DNA of 50,023 bases from a virus: the IMG/VR virus record IMGVR_UViG_3300045988_155579; one strand, 5' to 3'. This document shows positions 15,378 to 23,141 of the stretch, in pieces. A model generated the notes under the pieces. It had not been told where the DNA came from, ran no database searches, and was given only the letters and a program-made list of their open reading frames with translations. The translations under genes and the position numbers were made by a program. The first letter of the stretch is position 1. Each line of letters starts with the position of its first letter.

Positions 15378-16436
15378 TTACTTGGCCTGTTCGACCTGTT
15401 TGGGCTTTTGAGGCGGCATGAATGTTTGAACCATCTGCACCACTTCATCAAAGCGCGCTGCCGGAATATCGGCAACCCTGGCAATGCCCATACGCTTGAG
15501 CGCATCGCTGATTTCGCCCTGCCGCCCCGTTTCCTTCTCCATCTGCATGATCTTCTCGATCTGCTCTTTGATAATAGTCTCGTTCTTCCCGTTTCCTCCA
15601 AGATGCGGGAATACTTCGCCCAGTGTCAGCGCGCCGTCATCAAAGCTGCATTTCAGCTCTTTGAGCTTGATCATGTGGTCGGCGTTCCAATCGTCAATCT
15701 TGGCGTTCAAGTAGTTCTCCAAATCCGTCCTCGTCACGCCCAGCTTTTCATAAATGCGCAGCATCTTCGCCACGAGGTCGGCGCGCTTTTTTTCGTCCTT
15801 CATAATCTCAACCAACCCATTGGATGATGTTTTTCGGCAGGCCGCAACCGCCGCCGAGGTTACATCGCCGGGAATAATCTGAAGGATGCAGGCGCGCAGT
15901 CTGCGGCTGCCCATGTTGGCTTCCAGTTCGTAGATATCGCGGTCATCGGTCAGCTTATAGCCGCCCGAACGTGTAGACCGCCAATGTTTCACCTCAAAAT
16001 GGCGTGAAACGTAGGTGTTTGTCTGCAAATCCCATGCGAACGCGCGGATTGCACTGAACCCAACGCCATTCTTAGCTACGCCGCGTTCAAGCACTTCCAT
16101 ACCGAAGGTCACATTGCCCCAGTTTCGGGCAAGCACCTCTGCCAGCCGGATGGATGGTCCGGAAATCATTTCATTTCCGCGCGGGTACAGGTAGATCGCC
16201 GCATCCGCCAGCGTCGGGCGCTCGCATTCCCGCAAGATGCAATCCATACTCAAAAGCGGATCGCGCGGAAACTGGCGCGCCATCATCACCTGCGCTTTGA
16301 CCTCGGATACCGCGCGAGCTTCTGCATTGGCAGCAACCGCATTGCCGGAATCATGGCGTTTTGAATCCATGCTCATACCGTTCGCCGGAGCAACCGCATA
16401 CGGATTGATGACCTGCAAATTTTCGAGTTCTTCCAT
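15378..16436 (-). CDS. Single-strand annealing protein, distant RecT/Red-beta superfamily (tentative)
   Basis: The YLYPRGN...GPSIRLAEVLARNWG and GSRRLRACILQIIP segments parallel RecT YLLPFG...IDLARRSG and AIRRLFKYLP. It neighbours an exonuclease gene. Confidence 0.55.
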   Translation of the reverse strand: MEELENLQVINPYAVAPANGMSMDSKRHDSGNAVAANAEARAVSEVKAQVMMARQFPRDPLLSMDCILRECERPTLADAAIYLYPRGNEMISGPSIRLAEVLARNWGNVTFGMEVLERGVAKNGVGFSAIRAFAWDLQTNTYVSRHFEVKHWRSTRSGGYKLTDDRDIYELEANMGSRRLRACILQIIPGDVTSAAVAACRKTSSNGLVEIMKDEKKRADLVAKMLRIYEKLGVTRTDLENYLNAKIDDWNADHMIKLKELKCSFDDGALTLGEVFPHLGGNGKNETIIKEQIEKIMQMEKETGRQGEISDALKRMGIARVADIPAARFDEVVQMVQTFMPPQKPKQVEQAK

Positions 16437-16453
16437 CGTTTTTCGTTCCTCCC

Positions 16454-17167
16454 TTACGCCTTTACGCTGATGGTTGTATCCTGATAGAACTCAACGCCGG
16501 GGATGCTGGCCTCGCCCTTGCTCATTCGGGCAAGCGCATCCAACGCTGTCTGATTGATTTTCCGCAGCTCCATACCATTCACATAGGCCGGCACAGCGGC
16601 TTCATCCACCACGCGTGCCTTCCAACGCTTGCTGACGGTTGTGCCGACCGCCTTCGCGGGTTCAGCAACCAGCACGGATGCTTTCATGTCCTCCACCATC
16701 TCGGCCATCGCCATCGAAATCGCCGCGCCGTGCATGTCCCCGGCCTGCTCGGCCTCCGCCGCCTCATTCATCAGACGGTCACGTTCGTTCTGCTGGAGCT
16801 TGATGGCTTTCCACTCTGCCTCGCGTCTGGCCTCCGCTTCCGCCGTCTGATACCGTGCCATACCCGCCTTGATGGTTTTCTCTGCCCGTTCCATCGGCGC
16901 AAGCATGGCCTTCTCCTGCTCGCAGATACGGGCGTGCGCAGCTTTCGCCGCATCCTTGCTGGGTTTCCAGTATTCCTTCATCTGTTTGGAGCGCTTCTTG
17001 ATTTCCACGAGGAACGCCGCCGCGTCCTCATACTCGCGCGCATTTCCGATTCGCATATTCTCGGCTCGCTCAATAATCGCCTGACCCGAAGCAGTCAACT
17101 GTTCTTCGATGCCGAGCGAACCAAGTGTCCGAATCTGCAAAACGTTGTCCGTTGCTCTGGCTTCCAT
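16454..17167 (-). CDS. Coiled-coil phage protein of the recombination module (DUF1351/Gp157-like, tentative)
   Basis: Long Ala/Glu/Lys-rich helices. Start at MEARATD, with AGGAG 8 nt upstream. Confidence 0.55.
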   Translation of the reverse strand: MEARATDNVLQIRTLGSLGIEEQLTASGQAIIERAENMRIGNAREYEDAAAFLVEIKKRSKQMKEYWKPSKDAAKAAHARICEQEKAMLAPMERAEKTIKAGMARYQTAEAEARREAEWKAIKLQQNERDRLMNEAAEAEQAGDMHGAAISMAMAEMVEDMKASVLVAEPAKAVGTTVSKRWKARVVDEAAVPAYVNGMELRKINQTALDALARMSKGEASIPGVEFYQDTTISVKA

Positions 17168-17178
17168 GTACATCACTC

Positions 17179-17787
17179 CTATCTGATTTCCGCCTGCATT
17201 GCGTTATAAATCGCCATGCAATGCAAAAAGTTTTTATATCCGTCATCGACCTGCCCGAAGTGATAACGTCCATCTCGCATAAGCTGTAAACCGTACAGCC
17301 GCCGAATCTTCATGCCGTGGCTTTGCATCGCATGGGCATACGCGCCAATCTGCGTGGCCAGCATAACGCTGTGATAAGCCGCGGTGCATTTCAGATCAAC
17401 CACATCAACGCCCTGCCCATCGTCGGGTTCGATGTGCCCCAGCAAGTCCAGCGTCCCCGCATACATCATCTGTCGATGATAGGTGCGAATCTCGCTGCCC
17501 TGCCAAGTCGGCGAATAATCCTTGCAAAAACGGAGGAACGCTCGGACGTATGGCGCAGTATCTTCATCTGTTTCAAGCACACCATACCTGACATAATTGC
17601 TGACCTGTTCATGCGCCCGCGTTCCTCTGTCTGCCGCCGCATCCAACGCCGCCTGCGGAACTGCTGCATAGAGCATGCTGCTCATCGGAGACATAATCTG
17701 CGTCACACTCGGCAGAACAAGCCCGCCCAGCGTGTACAAATGCTGCTGCTCATCAAATGCCAGCTCCGGCCTTGACTGTATCTCCAT
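17179..17787 (-). CDS. PD-(D/E)XK (RecB/Cas4-like) exonuclease
   Basis: GTRAHE, then TLDLLGH...VDVVDLKC fits the D...(D/E)xK nuclease core. The start forms a TGATG overlap with the upstream stop. Confidence 0.65.
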   Translation of the reverse strand: MEIQSRPELAFDEQQHLYTLGGLVLPSVTQIMSPMSSMLYAAVPQAALDAAADRGTRAHEQVSNYVRYGVLETDEDTAPYVRAFLRFCKDYSPTWQGSEIRTYHRQMMYAGTLDLLGHIEPDDGQGVDVVDLKCTAAYHSVMLATQIGAYAHAMQSHGMKIRRLYGLQLMRDGRYHFGQVDDGYKNFLHCMAIYNAMQAEIR

Positions 17788-18014
17788 CACACAGCCTCGC
17801 AATAATCCAGTTCTTCAAGGCTTGCGGCTTCCGCGCGGCTCTGGTACTCGTCGCAAACAACCACAGCGCTGTCCAGCGCCGTATATAAGCAACTGACCAA
17901 ATCGCCAAGCTGCACGTCCTGCAACGCTCCTTTTTCGGTGGTGCGAATCATAGTTCGCAACTCCCTGCAAACACTTTCCAGATGATCGAGGATGGCGTAT
18001 TCCGCTTCACTCAT
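17787..18014 (-). CDS. Hypothetical protein (75 aa)
   Basis: ATG (MSEAEYAIL) preceded by AAGGAGG at 7-nt spacing. Confidence 0.55.
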   Translation of the reverse strand: MSEAEYAILDHLESVCRELRTMIRTTEKGALQDVQLGDLVSCLYTALDSAVVVCDEYQSRAEAASLEELDYCEAV

Positions 18015-18025
18015 TGCGTACCTCC

Positions 18026-18055
18026 TTGACGTTTCTGTGACGAATCTGCTATAAT
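18026..18055 (+). promoter_or_regulatory. Near-consensus plus-strand promoter (antisense orientation)
   Basis: TTGACG (18026-18031), 18-nt spacer, TATAAT (18050-18055). Confidence 0.5.
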
Positions 18056-18061
18056 AACAAC

Positions 18062-18126
18062 AGCGCCACTTCTGGTCTGAATGCGGTGCGGAGGTCAGCA
18101 TCTTCTCCATGCTGATCTCTTTTTTT
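18062..18126 (+). ncRNA. Candidate ~65-nt antisense sRNA convergent with a small hydrophobic-peptide ORF
   Basis: Promoter as above. Terminator hairpin gaggtcagcat/atgctgatctc (18091-18119, one G-U pair) followed by seven T (18120-18126). There is no plus-strand CDS. Confidence 0.45.
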
Positions 18127-18265
18127 ATTGTCTCGCCGCATTTTGTTGTTCTTCCTTCTTGAGCTTGCACGCCGCCCAAATGAAGAATGACACGCCTCCG
18201 GCAATGCCGAGCGCAAGCAGGATGCTCACGCCAGCCCAGAACAGATCAATCAGTTTTTCGAGCAT
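18125..18265 (-). CDS. 46-aa hydrophobic peptide MLEKLIDLFWAGVSILLALGIAGGVSFFIWAACKLKKEEQQNAARQ (type I toxin-like or small membrane protein)
   Basis: Below the ORF-track cutoff and translated by hand. GAGGCGGG RBS, a single TM helix and a charged tail. The stop codon abuts the 3' end of the antisense sRNA candidate. Confidence 0.45.
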   Translation of the reverse strand: MLEKLIDLFWAGVSILLALGIAGGVSFFIWAACKLKKEEQQNAARQ

Positions 18266-18687
18266 TTCTTCCCGCCTCTTTTCTCGACTGTCTTTACATC
18301 ATCGCGAATCATCCGTTCTGTCGCATGAGATATGAACTCACAAACCAGCGACCCAGCCTTGTCCTCATCCTCACCCGCCAAGGTTTTCACGACAACGCTG
18401 ACACAGATTTCCAACGCTTCAAGGATATCCTTCGCATTTCCGGCCATCGTTGTAATGCCGTTCTCGACTTTAATCAGGCAGTTGCCGTCACTGACCTTGG
18501 ATTTTTCACCGCAAACGTCTTTGACCACCAGCTCGACAAACTTCTCGACAATCTCCTTGCGCATTTCGTCTTTTCTTCCTGCGCAGGCCACTTTGAGAAC
18601 ATTTATGGCAACGGCGGTTGCCTGTGCAAGCAGTAAATCGGCCGTTCCAGAAAGATGCAGTTCCTTGTTGTCCTTGCAATAAATCAT
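18250..18687 (-). CDS. Hypothetical protein (145 aa)
   Basis: Clean ORF in the early operon. No family recognised. Confidence 0.65.
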   Translation of the reverse strand: MIYCKDNKELHLSGTADLLLAQATAVAINVLKVACAGRKDEMRKEIVEKFVELVVKDVCGEKSKVSDGNCLIKVENGITTMAGNAKDILEALEICVSVVVKTLAGEDEDKAGSLVCEFISHATERMIRDDVKTVEKRGGKKCSKN

Positions 18688-18698
18688 GGTTTTCGCTC

Positions 18699-18992
18699 CT
18701 ATCTTCTCCGGGCTATCCGCCCGTTCTCATCCAGCAGCCCGTCCATAACGAGCAGCTTTGTCGTGGTTTTCCGCCTTCTGCCAGCCTCCCGCTTTTCCGG
18801 GTCAGGCTGCCGCACCGTCCTGCGGCTCTGAATCCACGCATCAAGATCAGGCTCAAGCACGGCCAGATGCGGCCTTGTGGTGCTCGTTCCGATATTGACG
18901 CACGGCATTGTCCGCATAAGGTCGCTGGCCGTCCTGCGGCTTACGCCTAAGACCTTGGCCACTTCCTCCGTGTGGAGCAGCTTCGCTTTCAT
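18699..18992 (-). CDS. Excisionase-like / MerR-AlpA-type HTH DNA-binding protein
   Basis: The N-terminus LLHTEEVAKVLGVSRRTASDLM is typical of helix-turn-helix excisionase-family proteins. Confidence 0.5.
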   Translation of the reverse strand: MKAKLLHTEEVAKVLGVSRRTASDLMRTMPCVNIGTSTTRPHLAVLEPDLDAWIQSRRTVRQPDPEKREAGRRRKTTTKLLVMDGLLDENGRIARRR

Positions 18993-19004
18993 GCCGCTTT
19001 CCTC

Positions 19005-19442
19005 CTAGATTTGTAAGAGACCCAACGCCGTTTCGATGGCCTCTCTGGCTTCCTCCAGCTCTTGTCGATAGCTGTTCCGCAGCGTCGGGTCAATCTGTCC
19101 ATCGACGGCATCCCGCTCCACTCTATCTTGGAGCTTGAGCACATCGTCGATCTGATGCTTGGTATTGACGACCGCACCGAGCAACCCCAACTCTCGGCTA
19201 TCGGACGCACCGAAGTATTTCACGATTTCGGGGTACTGCGCCCGTGCCCAGCGCCGGAACAAACCGACATCACGAAGCTGCTCCTCCATCACGTCCACGT
19301 CGGCCATCTCTGGAATCCAATCGCCGCGCTCCATGCGCTTGACCTGCTCAACAGACACACTGAGCAGCGCCGCAACCTGAATTTGGGTCAGCCCCGCCTC
19401 TTTTCGGGCATCCTTGAGAATCTGATGGGCTGGCTCGCTCAC
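19005..19442 (-). CDS. XRE-family HTH protein (146 aa)
   Basis: HTH segment LTQIQVAALLSVSVEQVKRMERG. GTG start with an AAGGAGG RBS. Confidence 0.7.
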   Translation of the reverse strand: MSEPAHQILKDARKEAGLTQIQVAALLSVSVEQVKRMERGDWIPEMADVDVMEEQLRDVGLFRRWARAQYPEIVKYFGASDSRELGLLGAVVNTKHQIDDVLKLQDRVERDAVDGQIDPTLRNSYRQELEEAREAIETALGLLQI

Positions 19443-19504
19443 GTTCCCGCCTCCTTTCTGAACTGAATCTGTGTCTTTTTTAGAGAAAATCAAACAGTTT
19501 CTGC

Positions 19505-19547
19505 AACTCTAAAGATTCATTAAATCATTTATAATTTCTTTAGAGTT
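19505..19547. promoter_or_regulatory. 10-bp perfect inverted repeat (aactctaaag ... ctttagagtt) between the cro-like gene and the next gene; candidate operator
   Basis: The arms are 19505-19514 and 19538-19547, with a 23-nt AT-rich spacer. The arms share the CTTTAG/CTAAAG core seen in the cI/cro intergenic region. Confidence 0.4.
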
Positions 19548-19548
19548 T

Positions 19549-19758
19549 TTAAGAGTGGCTATTCTCACCATCTTCTTCAATGATTTTCTCTGGCACTACG
19601 CCAAACAGCTTAGACAACCGCATAAGTGCTACCGCGTTTGGCAGGCAACGCCCGCTCTCCCATTGAGATACCGCTCCTACTGTCACGCCCGCTGCTTCTG
19701 CAACCTCTGTTTGCGTAAGCTTTCCTTTTTCTCGGAATTTCTTAATATTGCAAATCAT
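19549..19758 (-). CDS. cro: Cro-like XRE HTH regulator (69 aa)
   Basis: HTH segment LTQTEVAEAAGVTVGAVSQWESG. It is divergent from the repressor gene and has an AAAGGAGG RBS. Confidence 0.8.
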   Translation of the reverse strand: MICNIKKFREKGKLTQTEVAEAAGVTVGAVSQWESGRCLPNAVALMRLSKLFGVVPEKIIEEDGENSHS

Positions 19759-19786
19759 CTTTAGCCTCCTTTCTTTAGTTTTCTAA

Positions 19787-19815
19787 ATTATACTATAAAA
19801 CTTTAATGTTGTAAA
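19787..19815 (-). promoter_or_regulatory. Early (lytic) promoter
   Basis: Minus strand reads TTTACA (19810-19815), 17-nt spacer, TATAAT (19787-19792). Confidence 0.6.
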
Positions 19816-19853
19816 TACGTTTTCTATAAATTTCTGATTTTTTCTCATTCTGA

Positions 19854-19882
19854 TTGACTTATCTTTTTTAGAAATGTAAAAT
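19854..19882 (+). promoter_or_regulatory. Repressor (lysogenic) promoter
   Basis: TTGACT (19854-19859), 17-nt spacer, TAAAAT (19877-19882). It is back-to-back with the early promoter. Confidence 0.6.
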
Positions 19883-19910
19883 TCAATCAAGAGAAAACTA
19901 AAAAGGTGGA

Positions 19911-20537
19911 ATGTTTTTGAACCGTTTGAAAGAGTTGCGTCAGAAAAACGGCGTTAAGCAAAAAGATGTCGCCGCTATGCTCGGTGTCACCGCTGGAGCC
20001 GTTTCCCAATGGGAGAGTGGGCGCGTAAATATCGACTGGCGCTGTGCCACAACACTCGCTGAAAAGTTCCATGTTACCCCTGAATACTTACTCGGCGAAA
20101 CCGACATCATCGACAGTGCTTCTATTCAGGCTCCTGCCGCTGTCCGAATCCCTGTCGTCGGTACAATCCGTGCCGGAATCCCGCTGGCGGCCATCGAGGA
20201 TATTGAGGACTGGGAGGAAATTCCAGCGGACATGGCAAAGAAGGGCGAGTTCGTTGCTCTGCGTGTCAAGGGCGATTCAATGCTTCCCGATATCAAAGAT
20301 GGAGATGTCGCAATCATTCGTCGGCAGGAAAGCATTGAAAACGGACAAATCGCCGCGGTCATTGTCAACGGGGAAGAGGCAACAATAAAAAAAGTCCGGC
20401 TTTTGCCGGACGGAATCATGCTGATCGGTCTGAATACCGAAGTATACGAGCCTCATTTCTATTCAAAGCAGGAAATTTCTGATCTTCCCGTTCGCATTTA
20501 TGGGAAGCTGGTCGAAGTACGAAGGAAATTCTATTGA
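19911..20537 (+). CDS. cI: cI/LexA-like repressor (XRE HTH + S24 autopeptidase domain)
   Basis: N-terminal HTH VKQKDVAAMLGVTAGAVSQWESG. The C-terminal S24 domain has GDSMLP (catalytic Ser) and ATIKKV (Lys). Confidence 0.9.
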   Translation: MFLNRLKELRQKNGVKQKDVAAMLGVTAGAVSQWESGRVNIDWRCATTLAEKFHVTPEYLLGETDIIDSASIQAPAAVRIPVVGTIRAGIPLAAIEDIEDWEEIPADMAKKGEFVALRVKGDSMLPDIKDGDVAIIRRQESIENGQIAAVIVNGEEATIKKVRLLPDGIMLIGLNTEVYEPHFYSKQEISDLPVRIYGKLVEVRRKFY

Positions 20538-20551
20538 GGAAGGTAACGCCA

Positions 20552-21106
20552 ATGAAGAAACTCATATCTATTGTCTCTTGGGTTTTGCTACTCATTCCGA
20601 TGATTTCTTTTGCGGAATCTTATCAGTTTGACGAACTACAGGAACTTTTCATTTCTTTGACTTCCAAAACAACCGCAACCGAATTTGAATCTGCTGTAAA
20701 AAAAACGGGGCTTCCCTATGCAAAGCAGGAATTTAATAAATCTGGTTCAGGAAAAGACCTTTCCTATGTTGTGGCTTTCACTGAGGGTGCGGCTCATTTC
20801 AAATATGCCGAATCTGGGGATAAGTTACATGTATCTTTTGATACTGGGAACAACTCGCTCCTTATGACTGCTCAATATTCAAACGCTCAAAAAGTAACAT
20901 CTGCCTTATTCTATCAGTATGGCGTGTGGTATTCTTTCAACTTTGACAAGGGAAACGATTATTCTGGCTACTACTACATTCATCATTTCGGTGAAGATGA
21001 CGGCATTGAGATAATCTACAATAACGGTTATCACCAAAAAACAAAATACGTTCCATATTCTTCTGCCGAAGATGTCATCAACGCCGTCATGACATACGAA
21101 GATTAA
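20552..21106 (+). CDS. Secreted/exported protein with an N-terminal signal peptide (candidate superinfection-exclusion moron)
   Basis: MKKLISIVSWVLLLIPMISFA is a signal-peptide-like N-terminus. GAGGAAGG RBS. It lies immediately after cI in an AT-rich segment. Confidence 0.6.
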   Translation: MKKLISIVSWVLLLIPMISFAESYQFDELQELFISLTSKTTATEFESAVKKTGLPYAKQEFNKSGSGKDLSYVVAFTEGAAHFKYAESGDKLHVSFDTGNNSLLMTAQYSNAQKVTSALFYQYGVWYSFNFDKGNDYSGYYYIHHFGEDDGIEIIYNNGYHQKTKYVPYSSAEDVINAVMTYED

Positions 21107-21252
21107 ACGTCATCCATTTTTTCAATTATTTTGCCAAAGTCGGCAAAATGGTCTATTCGAGAATTATTGATGATTCAAATTTTCATTGAACAATGATTTT
21201 TTCTAATCCCGGCAATCAAGATTTACCGATAAATTCATTTATCGTATTTTGG

Positions 21253-21281
21253 TTGACAAATTTCTCGATTTGTTGTATTAT
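21253..21281 (+). promoter_or_regulatory. Consensus-like promoter of the cargo operon
   Basis: TTGACA (21253-21258), 17-nt spacer, TATTAT (21276-21281), inside a 227-nt AT-rich intergenic region. Confidence 0.6.
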
Positions 21282-21333
21282 AGGCTAAAGAACTTATTGA
21301 CGCCAAAAATACAAAAACGGAGGAATTTTGTTA

Positions 21334-21966
21334 ATGGAAGAACACCTGAAACAGCTCTGCAATGAAAATCCGCTTCTGCTCACGACCATCCAAGGTGCGA
21401 TCTTCTCCGGCTACGAACAGGCCAAGAGATTTGTCATTCAAAACGGCTGTGAATCCATCCAGCGCGATGGTTATGCGCGGCACGTCTGCATTGAACCTTG
21501 CGTTTTTCGCGCTATTGAAGAAGCGCGATTTTCCGGTGTCACCCTTTCATGCCCCAACAACATCGGCAAAACCGCTAAGCATCTCGAAATACGGACTCCT
21601 CACGCAATCTTAATGATTGCAAGCGGACGCAATACGTCAAAACCACCCAAGGCGAAATACCGTCAGCAAACCATTGATCAATTTTATTATGGCCAGCAGG
21701 TTTTACCCGGTGTTTTTCAATCCGATGAGCTCTGTCCCCCGTTGTACATTATCACTCATGCGCCTGATCGCCGGAAGAACAGCGTCACTCCCGCAACAAT
21801 CTGCATCGGGCGTCCCAGCGTCGATCAGCTTTCATGGAGCTGTTTCTATAAATTCGACGATTTGGGCCTTGAGAACTACGCTACCGAAAACATCGCCGTC
21901 CGAGAATCTGTGTCTTTGAAAGAGACCGTCGTCAAAACCACTACGCTCTCTCTCAAAAAAGCCTGA
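21334..21966 (+). CDS. Unknown protein (210 aa), first gene of the cargo operon
   Basis: ATG preceded by a GGAGGA RBS. No recognisable domain. Confidence 0.65.
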   Translation: MEEHLKQLCNENPLLLTTIQGAIFSGYEQAKRFVIQNGCESIQRDGYARHVCIEPCVFRAIEEARFSGVTLSCPNNIGKTAKHLEIRTPHAILMIASGRNTSKPPKAKYRQQTIDQFYYGQQVLPGVFQSDELCPPLYIITHAPDRRKNSVTPATICIGRPSVDQLSWSCFYKFDDLGLENYATENIAVRESVSLKETVVKTTTLSLKKA

Positions 21967-21993
21967 TTCGCACCGTAAAGGAGGAACTTTATT

Positions 21994-23127
21994 ATGCCAG
22001 CCCCCACCACTATGTCCTGTCGTCTCACAGAAGGCAGAGAGTTGCGCGGGCTTTCCGTCGCCGAACTGGCTGAACAGATCGGAGTGACGCGCCAATCTAT
22101 TTATAAATATGAAAACGGCACTCAAGCTCCAAGTGAAGAAACGGTTGAGCGCATTCAAAAAGCGCTCAACCTTCCCGCTTCTTTCTTCATATACTCTTCC
22201 GCCATTCCAGATCTTTCGTCTCGTCCTATTTTTTTCCGCGACATGAAAACCAATGAAGAAAAAAATCGAAAAATGTCCTATCGCTGGCTACAGATTTTGC
22301 GCGAACAGGTTGAACGCTATGAAAATTATCTGGACTTTCCGCCAGTGCATTTGCCTGAAATCGAATTGCCGGATATTTTAGACCTAACCGACGAAGATAT
22401 CGACATCGCCGCCGAAAATCTGCGTCGGGCATGGGGATTGGGTGACGGTCCCATCGACAATGTAACCCAACTCCTAGAAAATAATGGATTTATCATTTTT
22501 AGAAAGTATCTGCCTGCGGAAAAAATGGATGCTTGTTCACTTGTTCTCAATGGACGTCCCTACATTCTTATCAACACCTATAAGCAAACCTGTTCTCGTG
22601 ATCTCATTAACCTTGCCCATGAATTGGGGCACGTTATTTTGCATCAAAATATTTCGAGCGATGTCTTTCTATCTAAAGCAGACTTTGAAAGAATCGAAAA
22701 ACAGGCATGGCGTTTTGCAAAATCCTTTCTGATGCCCCCTGCTATTTTTTCCGCTGAAGTTGGCTGTCCTACCTTAAATCGCTTTATCGCCTTAAAAAAG
22801 CGGTGGCGTGTATCTATTTCCGCCATGATTATGTACTGCCATGACCTCGAACTTATCGACGACGCAAGAAAGCAGTATTTTTTCCGCGAAATGACGCGTA
22901 TGCACATTCGGAAAGAAGAGCCCTTGGATAGCGAACTTCCAGTTGAGCAGAGTGCCTTGCTCAAAGATGCCGAAGAATTGCTTGTTGATTCTCAAATCTT
23001 CACCAGAACAAAATTATTTGAACTGTCGCGGCTCAACATTGGTGATTACTGCGAAATGATTGGATTACCAGAAGATCTTTTTGCTACGAAAACAGTCCGG
23101 CCTCAACTGCGAATTATTCAATCATAA
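21994..23127 (+). CDS. XRE-HTH fused to an ImmA/IrrE-family (COG2856, M78) zinc metallopeptidase
   Basis: N-terminal HTH LSVAELAEQIGVTRQSIYKYENG. HEXXH motif AHELGHVILH in the central domain. AAGGAGG RBS. Confidence 0.85.
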   Translation: MPAPTTMSCRLTEGRELRGLSVAELAEQIGVTRQSIYKYENGTQAPSEETVERIQKALNLPASFFIYSSAIPDLSSRPIFFRDMKTNEEKNRKMSYRWLQILREQVERYENYLDFPPVHLPEIELPDILDLTDEDIDIAAENLRRAWGLGDGPIDNVTQLLENNGFIIFRKYLPAEKMDACSLVLNGRPYILINTYKQTCSRDLINLAHELGHVILHQNISSDVFLSKADFERIEKQAWRFAKSFLMPPAIFSAEVGCPTLNRFIALKKRWRVSISAMIMYCHDLELIDDARKQYFFREMTRMHIRKEEPLDSELPVEQSALLKDAEELLVDSQIFTRTKLFELSRLNIGDYCEMIGLPEDLFATKTVRPQLRIIQS

Positions 23128-23141
23128 GAGAGGATTATTCC

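Noticed and set aside
14960-15601. A 213-aa minus-strand ORF spanning the recT-like/DnaD-like gap.
   Set aside because: It is extremely Arg/Ser/Lys-rich and overlaps both flanking genes out of frame. It has no RBS and is treated as non-coding.
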